Origin: the human T2T-CHM13v2.0 reference genome, Homo sapiens
DNA length: 64,000 nt
Assembly: GCF_009914755.1 (NCBI RefSeq)
Contig: NC_060941.1
Reading direction: 5' to 3' (one strand)
The notes below the pieces were generated by a model, which did not search any database, had not been told where the DNA came from, and worked only from the letters and a program-made list of their open reading frames with translations. Of this stretch, positions 28,665-41,977 are shown piece after piece. The stretch's first letter is position 1, and the number at the start of each line of letters is the position of its first letter. Both the position numbers and the translations under genes were made by a program.

Positions 28665-31008
28665 GTATTTTTAATCATTAATTTATGTGTGTGTACATAA
28701 TAGTTGTGCATATTTATGGAATAAATTTGATGATTTGGTAGAAGCATACATTATGTAGTGAACAAATCGGGGTAGTTGGGATATCTATTACCTCAAACAT
28801 TTATAATTTTTGGTGTTGGAAAATTTCTAAATCTACTTCTCTAAATATTTTAAAATATACAATAAATTGTTGCTAACTATACCTACCTTATTGTGCTACA
28901 GATCACTAGATCTTATTTCTACTATCTAGCTGTAGTTTTTAGAGATTAACAAATTCTACTTTATCCTTTCATCCTCACTATCCTTCCCAGCTTCTATCAT
29001 CATTCTAAACTCTACCACCATGAGATCAACTTTTAACTTTCACAAAATTGTAAGAACATGTGATATTTGCCTTTCTGTGCCTGATTTATTTCACTTAACA
29101 TAATGTCCTCCAGTTCCATCCATGTTGTTACAGTTCCGTCTTTATTTCATGGCCAAATAACATTTATTTCATCCAGTTCCATCCATATTTTATGGCCAAG
29201 TAATATTTCACTCTGCATATGTACCACATTTTCTGTTTTCATTCGTCCATTGATGGACACCTATGTTGATTTCATATTTTGAGTATTGTGAATAGTGCTG
29301 CAGTAAACATGGGAGAGCAGATATCTCTTCAGTACAGATTTCCTTTTCTTTGGATATATACCAAACAGTAGGATTGCTGGATCATACTATTTAGTAGTTC
29401 TATTTAGTTTTTTAAGAAACTTGCATATTGCTTTCTGTAGTGGCTGTGCTTATTTAGATATGTATCAACAGCATATGAGAGTTCCCCTTCTCTACATCTT
29501 TGTTATTTTTTCTTTTGTATAAAAGCCATCTTAACTAGGGTGAGATAATAGTTCATTGTTTTGATTTACATTTTTCTGATGATTAGTGATGTTGAGCAGT
29601 TTTTCATATACCTGTTGACCATATGATAAAGGCCACATATGACAAACCCACAGCTAATATCATACTGAAAAGAGAAAAACAGAAAGGCTATTCTCTAAGA
29701 TTGGGATTAAGACAAGATCTGGAATAAGCTGCCTTTCAATACTGTTACTTCACATAGTAGTGAAAGTCCTAGCCAGAGCAATTATGGAAGAGAAAGATAT
29801 AAGGAACATATGAATTGAATATGAAGTAAAATTGTCACTGTTTTCAGACAATATGATCTTATATTTAGAAAAACTGAAGACTCTACCAAAAAACTATTAG
29901 AATTAATAAATGAATTCAGTAAAGTTTCAGATAGAAAATCAGCATAAAAAAGTCAGTGGTATTTATATATTCCAACAGCAGGCACTCTGAAAAACAAAGT
30001 AATCTTATTTTCAGTAACTACAAATAAAATGAAATATCTAGGAATAAACTTAACCAATGAAGTGAAAGATTTCTACAATGAAATCTAGGGAACATTGACT
30101 AAAGAAATAAAGGAGGACACACTAAAAATGGAAAGATATCTCATGTTCATGGATTGGAAGAATCAATATTGTTAAAATGTTCAGACATTTTAAAATAATG
30201 TATATGAAATATTTCACCCAAAGTGATCTACAGATTTAAAGTAATCCCTATCAAAATACCAATGGAATTCTTCAGAGAAATGGAAAAATTATTCTAAAAT
30301 TTATGTGGGACTAAAAAAGACACTGAATAGCTATAGCTGTCATAAACAAAAAGAACAAAGCTGGAGGCATCACATTACCCAACTTCAAATTATACTACAA
30401 GGATATAGTAACCAAACAGCATGATACTGGCATAAAAATAAGATACATAGATGAGTTAAACAGAATAGAGAACCCAGATATAAATCTCCACATTTAGAGT
30501 TAACTCATCTTTGACAAAGAAGCCAAGAACATACACTGGGAAAAGGATAGTTCCTTCAACAAATGGTGCTTTGATAAACTGGATATCCATACAAAGATAA
30601 ATGAAACAGGATTGCTATCCCTCACCACATCCAAAATGGAATCAAAATGGATTAACAACTTACATGTAAATCTAAAACTGTAAAACTGTTGGAAGAAAAT
30701 TTTGAGGAAATGCTTCAGGATATTGGTCTGGGCAAAGACTTCTTGTGAAAGAACTCAAAAGCACAGGCAACCAAAGCACATGTCGACAAATAGGATTACA
30801 TGCAGCTGAAAAGCTTCTCCACTTTAAAGGGAGCAATCAACAAAGTGAAGAGATGCCCCACAGAATGAAGAAAATATTTGCAACTATTCAAGTGACAAGA
30901 AATTAATAAGCAGAATATTTAAGTAACTCAAATAATAACAAATAAACCAATAATCCAATTTAAAAATGAAAAGAAATCTGAATATATACCTGAAATATCT
31001 GAAGACAA
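28665..31008 (-). mobile_element. L1MA-type insertion with 5' inversion (antisense to 29625, sense ORF2 29626-31008)
   Basis: L1MA 3'UTR antisense, then sense ORF2 RT/C-terminal region (atatgacaaacccacagctaatatcatactgaa...). Confidence 0.82.
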
Positions 31009-31592
31009 ACTTTATTTTCCTATCTATCCCTTATATAAATTTTTAAGACTTACTTAAAAACATTTTGGTGCAACGAGACATTCCAGGATGGAATTATAAT
31101 GGAGCCTTGGTTTCTTTTAACGGAGAATGGTGTTTAGAAAACAAAATTTGGATGTTAGGAGCACTCATTGTTCCTTGTGTTTCAATGTTTCTAGGTCTTC
31201 TAAGCAAACAAAGCTAGAATCAGTTACAAATGTATTATAAAAATATTTCTATGCTACAGGCTATAATTTAATTTCCTCGCTTAAGTTTTTTTTAATTCCC
31301 CTTTTCCAGTGAGCTCTCATTAGCCTCAATCTTTTAAACTGAAGTCTAGAATACTGTACTCAATACTTGGAAATTACTTACAGAATTGCTAGCACACACC
31401 ACTGTGAAAAGTGAAGTATGTAAATTCAATGTTTTTAAAGATTTTTTCAATTTGAGATAAAATTTATACACGGTGCAATCTGTAGATTTTAAATGTACAA
31501 TTAAATGTGTTTTCAATATTGTGAATATCCATTTCAAATTTAAATAAGTAAATACCCTAAAACCCCATAAGTTTTGAATAAGTGAGTACTCA

Positions 31593-32148
31593 TGTTACAG
31601 GAAAGGGGCCCTCATCCAGACCCCAAGAGAGGGTTCTTGGATCTTGTGCAAGAAATAATTCAGGGTGAGTCTGCAATGTAAACTGAAAGCAAGCTAATAT
31701 TAAGAAAGTAAAGGAATAAAAGAATGGCTACTCCATAGACAGAGCAGCCCTGAGTGCTGCTTGTTGCCCATTTTTATGGCTATTTCTTGATGATATGCTA
31801 AACAAGAGGTGGATTATTCATGCCTCCCATAATTAGAACATATAGGGTAACTTCCTGGTGTTGACATGGCATTTGTAAACTATCATGGCGCTGGTGGGAG
31901 TGTAGCAGTGAGGACAACCAGAGGTCACTCTCGTCACCATTTTGGTTTTGGTGGGTTTTGGCCAGCTTCTTTACTGCAACCTGTTTTATCAGCAAGGTCT
32001 TTATGGCCTGTATTTTGTGCTGACCTCCTATCTCATCCTGTGACTTAGAATGCCTTAACCCTCTGGGAATGCAGCCCAGTAAGTTTCAGCCTCATTTTAC
32101 CCAGCTCCTATTTAAGATGAAGTTGCTCTGGTTCACATGCCCCTGACA
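31593..32148 (-). mobile_element. MER41A LTR (3' LTR of a truncated provirus)
   Basis: Minus strand TGTCAGGGGCATGTGAACCAGAGCAAC...CCTTTCCTGTAACA, preceded by polypurine tract AAAAGGGAGTGGGGAAA. Confidence 0.92.
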
Positions 32149-33304
32149 TTTCCCCACTCCCTTTTATAAGAGAACCCTTAATTCTAAGGGTTACAGAGGG
32201 ATAAACATCCATCTTCTGTAACTTCTTCAGGCTGAATAGGGGTGATGATATTCCAGCCTAACTATGAGGGTCTGTTGCATTCAGGGTAGAGAGGGGCTCA
32301 GTCAGAAAGCATCAGTATGGTAAGGTCCACTCAACTCTTAAGTTTTGACAAAAGGTGATATCCCTCTTGTTTCTCATGAGCAGCAGTCAGAGATCAGTGG
32401 TTGGTTCACAGGAATAAGCAGGGTTAGCCTAAATTGTAGAAACAAGCTTAAAAACAACTAATGAGACTAGAATTTAATAACAAGTTTACCATAGTTCTTG
32501 AAAAATAATATTTCTGTCTCCAGTTTCTCATTTTTACTAAAGACTAATCATGTTAAGAGTTATTTCCTTTATTATACTTGGCCTGATTATTTGTATAAAG
32601 TGCAGCAAGAATAATTATTTTTCACAGAGGCTCTTTTTAAATTGGCTTTGATGGAACTCCGTTCCATAGAAGGAATCTTAGCTAAGACTTTTTAAAGCTA
32701 AGATCAGCCATGGGTTTGTACCCTCAAATACCTAAGAGTTGAATAAATTCCTCTCCTCTTGGGGTCCCAAGATAACTTGGGGCTCCTGGACCTGTTGGAA
32801 AGTGACATTCTTTACTTACCCCGGGTCAGAAACCCTGTACAGGGACTGTTGCAGACAAGGTATGAGGCCAATTTTTCACAGAACTTTTAATGGCTTTACA
32901 AGTCAAGTTTGATTCCTTAAAGGAAAGCATACCATTCCAGTTAAAGCCTTGGTAAAATAATCAATTTCTCCAATTGTATCCTGTTAAAAAAGAAAACAGA
33001 TTCTTATTGCACTTATGCAAATAACTATATTGCCATAAATTAAGAATACTCACAGTTTCCAGTTTTGGAGAAAACAGGTAGAGAGAATCAAATATGCTCC
33101 AAATTTTGTTCACAGGAGTATACTTTACTCAATTGCTAAAAGCTGTATATAGCTCAAAAGAAAAGTGTCCTTGATTCTGAAAAATAAAGGATCAGCAGCA
33201 TTTTAAACACAGTTAAAAAATTACTTCTGTTTTCTGTTGGTTCAGTTAATTCAGTTAACTCCCATTCTATTTGATATTCATGAACATTCTAGTTCTTCAT
33301 GAGA
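32149..33304 (-). mobile_element. MER41/MER4-group internal sequence (non-coding 3' part)
   Basis: Polypurine tract adjacent to the LTR, and MER4-group internal motifs (attatttgtataaagtgcagcaagaataattatttt). Confidence 0.75.
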
Positions 33305-33672
33305 AATGGCTGAATTGAGCTGATTAATACATACATTATCTCACACACTTATTTTTGTGGTGAGAATACTTAAAAGCTGTTCTTTAGCAAGTTTCAAGAA
33401 TACAATGCATTGTTATTAACTCTAGGCATTATGTTGTACAATAGATTGAATTTACTCCTCTTATCTAAATGAAGTTTTTCTCTTTTTTACTAACATCTCC
33501 CCACTCTCTATCTCCCTATCCCAGCTTTGATAACCACCGTTCTCCGTTGTACTTCCATAAGTTCAAATTTTTTACTCTTCCTATATAAGTGAGATTATGC
33601 AGTACTTGCCTTTCTGAGCATGGCTTATTTTACTTAACATAATTCCCTCCAGGTTCATCCATGTTGTCTCAA
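33305..33672 (-). mobile_element. L1MA8-like 3' end fragment
   Basis: aattgagctgattaatacatacattatctcac...ttcatccatgttgtc. Confidence 0.75.
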
Positions 33673-33689
33673 ATAAAAAGAGTTTGATT

Positions 33690-34021
33690 GTGTCCAAGAG
33701 TCCAAAAGCTGAAGAACTTGGAGTCTGATGTTCAAAGGCAGGAAGCATCCAGCATGGGATAAAGATGAAGGCTGGAAAATGCAGCAAGTCAGCTTCTTCT
33801 ACCTTACTCTGCCTGCTTTTTCTAGCCACGCTGGCAGCCAATTGGATGGTGCCCACCCACATTGTGGGTGGGTCTTCCTGAGGGTGGGTCTTCTTCTCCA
33901 ATTTCACTGACTCAAATGTTAATCTCTTCTGGCAACATTCAAGAAACATGCAGATACAGCCAGAAACAATACTTTCCATCCTTCAACCAAATCTAGTTGA
34001 CACTTAATATTAACCATCACA
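33690..34021 (-). mobile_element. MLT2A/B LTR, 5' part
   Basis: aagctgaagaacttggagtctgatgttc...agttgacacttaatattaaccatcaca. Confidence 0.85.
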
Positions 34022-34024
34022 TAT

Positions 34025-34950
34025 GCAGTCACAATCCTTGGGAGATACTGGAAAGTGGGCATTTTGACCTGCTTACTCTGCACTGAGCTAGGGAAAATTG
34101 TGCCTGTTTGAAACCACCTCTTTCTTTCATTTGGTCACGGGGGACTTGTAAATTCTGAACCTAGTTGGCTCTCAAAAGTAGCTGATTTAAGAACCAGTCC
34201 ATTTGATGGCAACTATAAAACTTGGAGTGCTCAATGTGTGGACAAAGTCTTTCAAGGAAGAGGCTGGAGATTTCGTTTTATCACTAGTGTGAGCAGTGGG
34301 GAAAAGGCCCAGGAAGTGCCTCATGCATGTTCAGGCTCCAGGCAGTGGGGAGTAGGAGAGTTCTTACTAATTACCTGTCATGTCAATTCTCAGATGCCAG
34401 CTAGTAAGAAGACATATTCTGAGACATCAGCTGAGTAAGTGTACAGTCAGATTCCTTCCAGGGAGAAACTAGGATGTGGGCATTGTTGCCTGCTTGTTCT
34501 ACACTGAGCGCAGAGGAATTTAGTAGAGAGTGCTTACATACCTGTTTAAGGCAACCACTTTGTTCTCCTTGTTTTAGAAAAAACTCATGGATGCTGAGCC
34601 ACATTCACTCCTAGGGTGATTTAGGAGTCTTTCTCTTAAGTGAGAGCTGTAAAAGTCAGGGTGCTGTATGTGTGGTCTAAACCCTTCTCTCCTCGGGGAG
34701 AAGCTTGGAGTTTGGGGTTCCCTCCAATTTTAAGGTGCTGTGACCAGGGTAGATTTTGTGACGTAAGCATGTCTCAGCTTTTCCTGCCCATTTTGATGTG
34801 AATACTTTTTTAGTTGCAGTGTGTAGGAGTCACTGAACTAGCTCCTGAATTTTTCTTAGAGGAAATGGACCTGTGTGCAGCTCTTTACTTGTGCATCTCT
34901 GGGAGGAGGTCAAGTGGGGAGCTTCCTATTCTGCCATCTTGCTGACCTCT
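34025..34950 (-). mobile_element. Old L1 (L1M2/3-like) 5'UTR
   Basis: Minus strand begins ...CAAGATGGCAGAATAGGAAGCTCC (YY1-type L1 start); degenerate internal repeat units. Confidence 0.6.
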
Positions 34951-34954
34951 TCTC

Positions 34955-37050
34955 TGCTCATTTCTTTTTAGTGTTGAATAATATTCCATTATCTGGATGT
35001 ACCACACTGCATCTATTCACATATTGAAAAGGATTTTAGTTGCTTCTAAGATTTTGTAATTGAATAAATAAAACTTCTATGAACATCCATGTGCAGGTTC
35101 TTGTGTGGACATAAATTTTCAATTCCTTTGGGTAAATATAAAGGAACGTGATTGCTGGATCATATAGTAAGAGTATGTTTAGTTTTGCAAGACACCAAAA
35201 TACCTTCTAAGTGGCCGTGGCATTTTGCATTCTCATCAGCAATAAATGAGAGTTCCTACTGCTCCACATCTTCACTGACATTGTGTGGTCAGTCCAGGGT
35301 CCCATGTTTTGGCCATTCTAATAGGTAGACAGCAGTAACTCATTGTTTTAACTTGCAATTACCTGATGCTGTATCAGTGGAGCATCTTTTCATATGCATA
35401 TTTCCTACCTATGTAGCATTTTTTAGTGAGCTGTCTGTTAAAGTCTTTGGACCATTTTTAAATTGAATTATGTATTATCTTATTGTTAAGCTTCAAGAGT
35501 TACCTGTCCATTTTAGATAACAGATTTTTATCAGATGTATCTTTAGCAAATATGTTTTTCCTGCCTATGGCTTGTCTTCTCATTCTCTTAATATATTTTG
35601 CAGAGCTGAAGTTTTTAACTTTTATGAAATTCTGTTTAACAATTAATTTTTTCATGGGTTATACCTTTGAGATGTACCTAAAAATCATCACCATATTTAA
35701 GGTTATCTAAGTTTTCTTCTATGTTATCTTCCAGTGGTTTTATAGTTTTACATTTTACATTTAGATCTCTGGTTCATTTTGAGCTAATTTTTCTAAGAGA
35801 TGTAATATCTATGTCTTCATTCATTCTTTTTGCATGTAGATGCCCAGTTGTTCTGGCATTATTCATTGACAATACTTTCTTTGCACCTTTATCACAGGTT
35901 AGTTGATTATATTCATGTGAGTCTATTTCTGAACTCTCTGTTCTGTTCTTTTGGTCTGTTTGTCTAATCTTTCACCAATACGACATTGTCTTGTTTACTG
36001 TAGCTTTATAGTAAGTCTTGTAGTCCAGTAGTGTTATTCCTCCATTTTGTTCTTGTCTTTCAATATTGTGATGGCTATTCTGAGTCTTTTATTTCTCCAC
36101 ATAAACTTTGGATTCAGTTCACAAATAACCACAAAATAACTTGCTGGAATTTTAATTGAGATTGCATTGAATCTATAGATAAAATGAGGAAGAACTGACA
36201 TCTTGACAGTATCAGGATTGTCTTTCCATGAACCTGGAGTATTTTTCCATTTATTTGGTTATTCTTTTATATCTTTAATCAGATTTTTATGTTTCCTTAT
36301 TTAGATCTTCTATTTTTTAAGACTGTATCTAAGTATTTAATTTTAGGGGGTGCTAATGTAAATGGAATTTTGTTTTTAATAAAATTATACTTTTTTATTG
36401 CTAGTATAGAGGAAAGCAATTTACTTTCTTTTATTAATCTTCAATTCTGTAACCTTGCTATACCTGCTTACTAGCTACAGAAGATTTTTCTTAAATTTTT
36501 AAAAAATTTTCTGCATAGACAATTGTGCCAACTGTGAACAAAGACCACTGTATTTCTTCCTTTTCATCTGTATATATTTTATCCCATTTTTGTCTTACTG
36601 CATCAGCTAGTGCTTGCTGTGTGATGTTGAAAAGAAATAATATGAGACACCCTTGCCTTGTTACTAATCTTAGTGAGAAAGCTTCACATTTATCACCATT
36701 ACTTTTTATGTTAGCTATAGGATTTTTGAATTTATTCTTTATCACGTTGAAGATGATCCCCTCTATTCCTAGTTTACTGAGATATTTTATCATGAATGGG
36801 TGTTCGATTTTGTCAAATGCTTTTTCTGCGTGTATTGATAAGATCGTGTAATTTTTCTTTTTCAGCCTATTGATGTGATGAATTGCATTAGTGGATTTTT
36901 AAATGTTGGTCAGTCTTGCATATTTGTGATAAATCTCACTTGGTAGTGGTATATACTGTTTTATATACATTGTTGGATTAATTTTCTAATGTTTTATTGA
37001 GAATTTTTGCATTTATGTTCATGAGAGTTATTGGCCTGCAGTTTTCTTTT
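34955..37050 (-). mobile_element. L1MB/MC 3'UTR-ORF2 fragment
   Basis: ORF 36491-36793 resembles L1 RT (LSKLGIEG...NPIANI...EAFSLRLVTRQGC). Confidence 0.82.
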
Positions 37051-37970
37051 AGTGTCTTTGGTGTTTTAATTCAATTATCAAATTTCTATTGCTGATATTC
37101 TCATATATGGTTTCATTTTAATTGTGTTTTGAAGTTCTTGAATACATTTAAAATAGCTGTATTAAAGATCTATGTACAAATCCCACTCTCTGAATTCTGA
37201 CTATTTTTCATTTCCTGTCTATTTAAATGTCTAATTATGTATAGTTGTTTTCTGGACGTTCAGATAAAAGATATATAGGGTGTTGATTGTGATGTTATTA
37301 AATTATTAACATTATTTTGTTTCTATCAAAATTGGTTTAATTTTCAGTTTAAGTCTCTTTTATATGTGAACAGAGTTCTAAGACATGCTCTTCCTCCACT
37401 GCATTGTTTTTATTCCTCAGTTGTGAACTTTCTGCTGACTTAACTGAGTTTGTGGTGTCTTCAATGAGGTCTCCACACCTTGACTGAGATGAAAAGATTA
37501 AGTCAATGATACTACTATTCAGCTGTCAGTTCTTTGGCAGGTGTTATATGCTAGGTCTTTTATAATCTCACTATGTGTATGCTCATACATATTTGTGGAG
37601 TTGCCTTCTTACACAGATTCCAACTTTTCGGATACTGTGTCACAAATTCTAGCTGCTTTGCCTCAGCAGCCTGGAACTCTTGCTTCAGCCACCTTAGCTC
37701 ACAAAAACTTCTCCACTTTTAGTCCACTTTCCTGCTTGACTTTAGACAAAGGGTTCAAAGAAAAAGCCAAGGCAATTTTAATATGATTGATAGGCTCACC
37801 TTACTTTTCTTTCTTCCTTCAAGGGTCACAGACCTGTGTTACTTTCTCAAGGTATCCGCATACTGTTGCTTTATATATTTTGTTCAATTTTATAGCTGCT
37901 TTTAGTAGGAAACCAAGTTCAGTATCAATTACTCTGTTTTGGCCAACACCTGAAGTCAGCAGCATCTGTT
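37050..37970 (-). mobile_element. Old L1ME-like 5' fragment
   Basis: ttcttgaatacatttaaaatagctgtattaaagatc and actgttgctttatatattttgttcaattttatagctg motifs. Confidence 0.5.
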
Positions 37971-40619
37971 TTCACATGAAAATTAGCATATGACTTCATA
38001 AAACTTACTTTCTTGAGTAGATTAAAGCAGACTTGAGCAGTATGAGTGAATTTTCCTGGTGTGTATATGTGCATTATTTAAATTGTCTAGATACCATGCC
38101 AAACACTCTAGCTCTATCTTGTCATGTGGTGCTTTATTTTTCATTTTGTAAAATTGTATCAATGACCACCAACTTTCTAAAGCTGTTTAAGAAATAAAGA
38201 AGATAATCCACATAAAATTTCTTTGTAAGCTATAAAGTGCTAAAAAATGAAAGTTATTATTATAGGGCAAAAATAAACATTTTTGTTCAGTCTTTGATTA
38301 TAAGTTCCAACAGAAAGAAACTAGAATTGGTTATTCCTAATGGCATTTTTCCCCTTTAAATTTTTACAACAGCATTAAACTGGAGAAAATAAAAGACTTA
38401 TTTTATTTTTGCTGAGCAAGGGAAGATGATCTAACTATTCTAAGTTAAAAAGGATTTGGAAGAATAACAACTGTCCTGAAGTGTATATTAATTCCTTAAA
38501 TGTATGCAGCTCTAAAATTGTAAGCAAGTCCATAGACTAGTGCTGATTATTTTACAAAATATTCTATCACCTTCAAATCCAGGTTTTTGCCTGGTGACTT
38601 TCTTACTCTATTTTTTACCTACTATATAATGTCAGAGTACCTAATTCTTGAAGTCATTAGAAGACATTTAATAATGGCACCAATACTTTTTCTTTCAATA
38701 TTTAAACCTGTTTCTAACTTAAATTATTCTTTTTGTTGATAATGAGTTATTTTATTTACAAGTTGAATATAGTGGCATCATTTTTTAGAACAATGTAGTG
38801 AGACATTTAAGAAATGAATTATTTTATTTACCAGAATATTTTCCCCAAGGTTCTCATTTGGGAGGAAATTAATTTCTTAAAAATACAAGCCAAATAGGTT
38901 AGTCATAATTTTATGATAAAAAATAACAGTCACATAAAAATTTTGGCATGGAACACAAAATCCTATTAGTAGCAAACATCTGTGACAGTCTAAGAGTGGC
39001 ACATACCACGGGAACCTACTGCAGTGCTAATCATTCTTCTAAGTTATTTTTGGGGATATGGAGGAGAAATTCTGTTGTCTCAAATAGGGACATGAACTTC
39101 TCCTCAATTTAGCAAAATTAATTTAAATTGGCTGGCAGCTTATCACACCATATGTAGGGGGTATTCCTAAGAAGTAAAAAGACACAAGAAAAAAAAAACC
39201 CTTTAAAGAGGTAAAAACTCCATTGTAGAAGAAAAGAGAAGCATGGTAGTCATTAAGCAATCTAAGACCATCTTTTTTCCCAGAGCTCTAAGAGATATTG
39301 TTGCTCTCCGTTTTCTCATGCTTATCTCTATTGGCAGAGTGGTCTGAACAGCAGGGGAAAACAATTGCAAAAGGTATAGTAATTAGTTTTGAATCTTACA
39401 GAGAGAGACAGAGTAAATAAATACCACAGGTGCTGTCTCTTAAATGAGGCAAGAAGAGTCAAAATAATAATTAGCCCATATAACAGGTAAAGGCACAAGA
39501 AAGAAGTGGAAAGAGAAGACAGAGTGAAGAAATAATATAAATTTGATATTAAGTATCTCTTGATTAGAAATCCTTATGTGGAGACAGCATGAAAATTCTC
39601 TTTGTAATGGGATATTCAGTTGTGCATGCAAAGAGAAAACAAATACATAAAGTTTTTCAATGCGTGATCCTCATTACCATACCAGTACCCAAGCATAATC
39701 AGTTCCAATTAGTTGGTCCCAATTAATCAACAATCCCAAGTAAGCTAACAAAACCTCATGATGTCTATTTAGCGTGTCCAGCAAAATCTATTAGGAAAGA
39801 GAAGGTATAAGAAATGGGTTGGAATATGTTTCTCTATTTGTTTTCCTTGTAAAAAGAAGGAGGAACACTAACACTTTTTATCTTATCAGTGATTTGCGTT
39901 GATTGAAAAGATGATAGAGTTGCCTGATGCATTCTGAGACCCATGCAGGTAAATGTCTACACATGTGGATGGGAATTCAAGAGTCCGTTGAGCCCCAATT
40001 TTTTTTTTGACACTTATGTTCTGTTAGTATTTTTCCTTCCATTTACCCTGCATTTCAGAGCAAAGCTAGATCTATTAAGTGTCATTTACATCAATGTACA
40101 ACTTGTGCTAGCAAACATTATTCAGGTTAGAAGGTAATTTACAGTTGGTCAGAGGAACATAGGCTGCTAAATTTTATTTTTTATCAGTACCATGTGTGTC
40201 ATTTCTGGTATAGTTTAGATTGAACTAAATTGAATAGAATGATCTGAGAATATTAGCATTATTTGTCTTTCTGTACTTCTTCCTTTCTTTCACATTACTT
40301 CTTTCTTTTAAGAAATACTTTTCAAAAACTACATAAATCATTTACAAAATAACTATTAAAATAAAGTTTATTTAGAATTACTCTTATTTCCCTGGCATTT
40401 ATCTTAAATGTCAACACTACATGCTACATATGCCCAGATTTATCATAAGGTATCCAGTAGTTAAAATATGTAAATATTTCATTGAAAATGTGTGTATCTA
40501 TTTTTAAATGTCTTTTAGCCATATTTTGTGTTTAAAGAACAACATCTACCTTTTTATATTTAGGTTCAAAAAACTGGGGGGGTTAAAAAATACATATTTG
40601 TCATAGACCTCTAAAATCA

Positions 40620-41700
40620 TGAATGTTTCTTCTTTCGTTTATCAAATATCTACTGAATAATGTTTATATACTCAGCTTTTGACTAGCATTTAGGTGTGCA
40701 TAGATATATAAAATAGCCTCTGAAGATATACACAAATATTTATAGTAAAATATATCACATGGAATACTAGATATCTAAACAGAATATATTGGGAGCAAAA
40801 AAAAGGTTTTGTAAATGTTTATCGAAAAGGTGGAGAAATTCCACATAAATTGTTAACATTTACATCTGGGATTTCAGGGTGAGCTGGATATCTCAGGGAG
40901 CACAGGGTGGTGGGTAGGAGTAGGGCATGTCAGAAACATTCAACATCATGAGCTAGGAAGAGACGAGGAAAGGTAAGGGAAAATGTATTTATTCATGTAG
41001 CAAATAGCTATTGAGCATGAGACTCTGTGCTATGTGCTAGACACTGTTCCTAGGCAGTGGAAATACAGCAGTGAACAAAACAGAAAATACACAGCCTCAT
41101 TGAACAGAGAGTCTAGGAGCCTTACACTGACTTTTGTCTGTGAAGGAGCTTGAATGCTATTCTAAGGAGTTTTACATTCATTGGATTGAACATTATATAC
41201 AATTGAGGTTTTATTTAGTTAGGTAGTGGCATGATCAGATGCACATATCAGAACACAAACTCTGTGGCATTTTAACAGATAGACCGTGAAGAATGATGAA
41301 AGGTGAACTGATATTAAAGCAGCCTGGAACCAAATTAAAGAAGGCATGGAAGGTGTAGAAAGAAGATAATAAAACAAAGGTGTTTAGAAGATAGTTTTTT
41401 TTTAATACACGGGGTCTAATAGAATTGGACTACATTAAACAAATATGAATTTTACATTTCTAGCGTAAGTGCCTGAATCTTTCTAATTCGTGGTGTGGTG
41501 CTAAATTAACTCCTTTTATTTATTGAATTTTTTATAGAGAATAAAGTAAATGCAGATTTGGATGTGAACATAAAGGAGGAAAATGAGATGAGCGATAATG
41601 CTGAAATGCTGATGTATGTGCAATCTAGAATTCAGGAAAAAAGCCTGAGCTGGAGCCATCTACTCTGTGGAAGTTGAAATTATGGAGCTAGAAGTCCTGT
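40620..41700 (-). mobile_element. L2 fragments
   Basis: tttattcatgtagcaaatagctattgagc...tgtgctagacactgttcctaggcagtggaaatacagcagtgaacaaaacag (L2 3' end, antisense) with decayed flanks. Confidence 0.65.
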
Positions 41701-41764
41701 ATTAAAAAGAAGCAAAGATATTAGAGATTTTTAAAAGCAGGATACTTAGATGAAGTCATCAGTC

Positions 41765-41977
41765 TCCTTCCTCCTCCTCCTCCTCCTCCTCTTCCCCTTC
41801 CTCCTCCTTCCCCCTTCCTCCTTCTCCCCCTCCTCCTTCTCCTCCCCTTTCTCCTCCTTCCCCTCCTCCTCCCCCTCCCCCTCCTCCTCTTCCTTCTTCT
41901 TCCTTCCTTCTTCCTTCTTCCCTCTTCCTCTTCCTCCTCCTCTTCTTCTTCTGCTTCTTCTTCCTCTTCTTCTCTTT
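41765..41977. repeat. (CCT)n/(CTT)n polypyrimidine low-complexity tract
   Basis: Directly visible. Confidence 0.95.
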
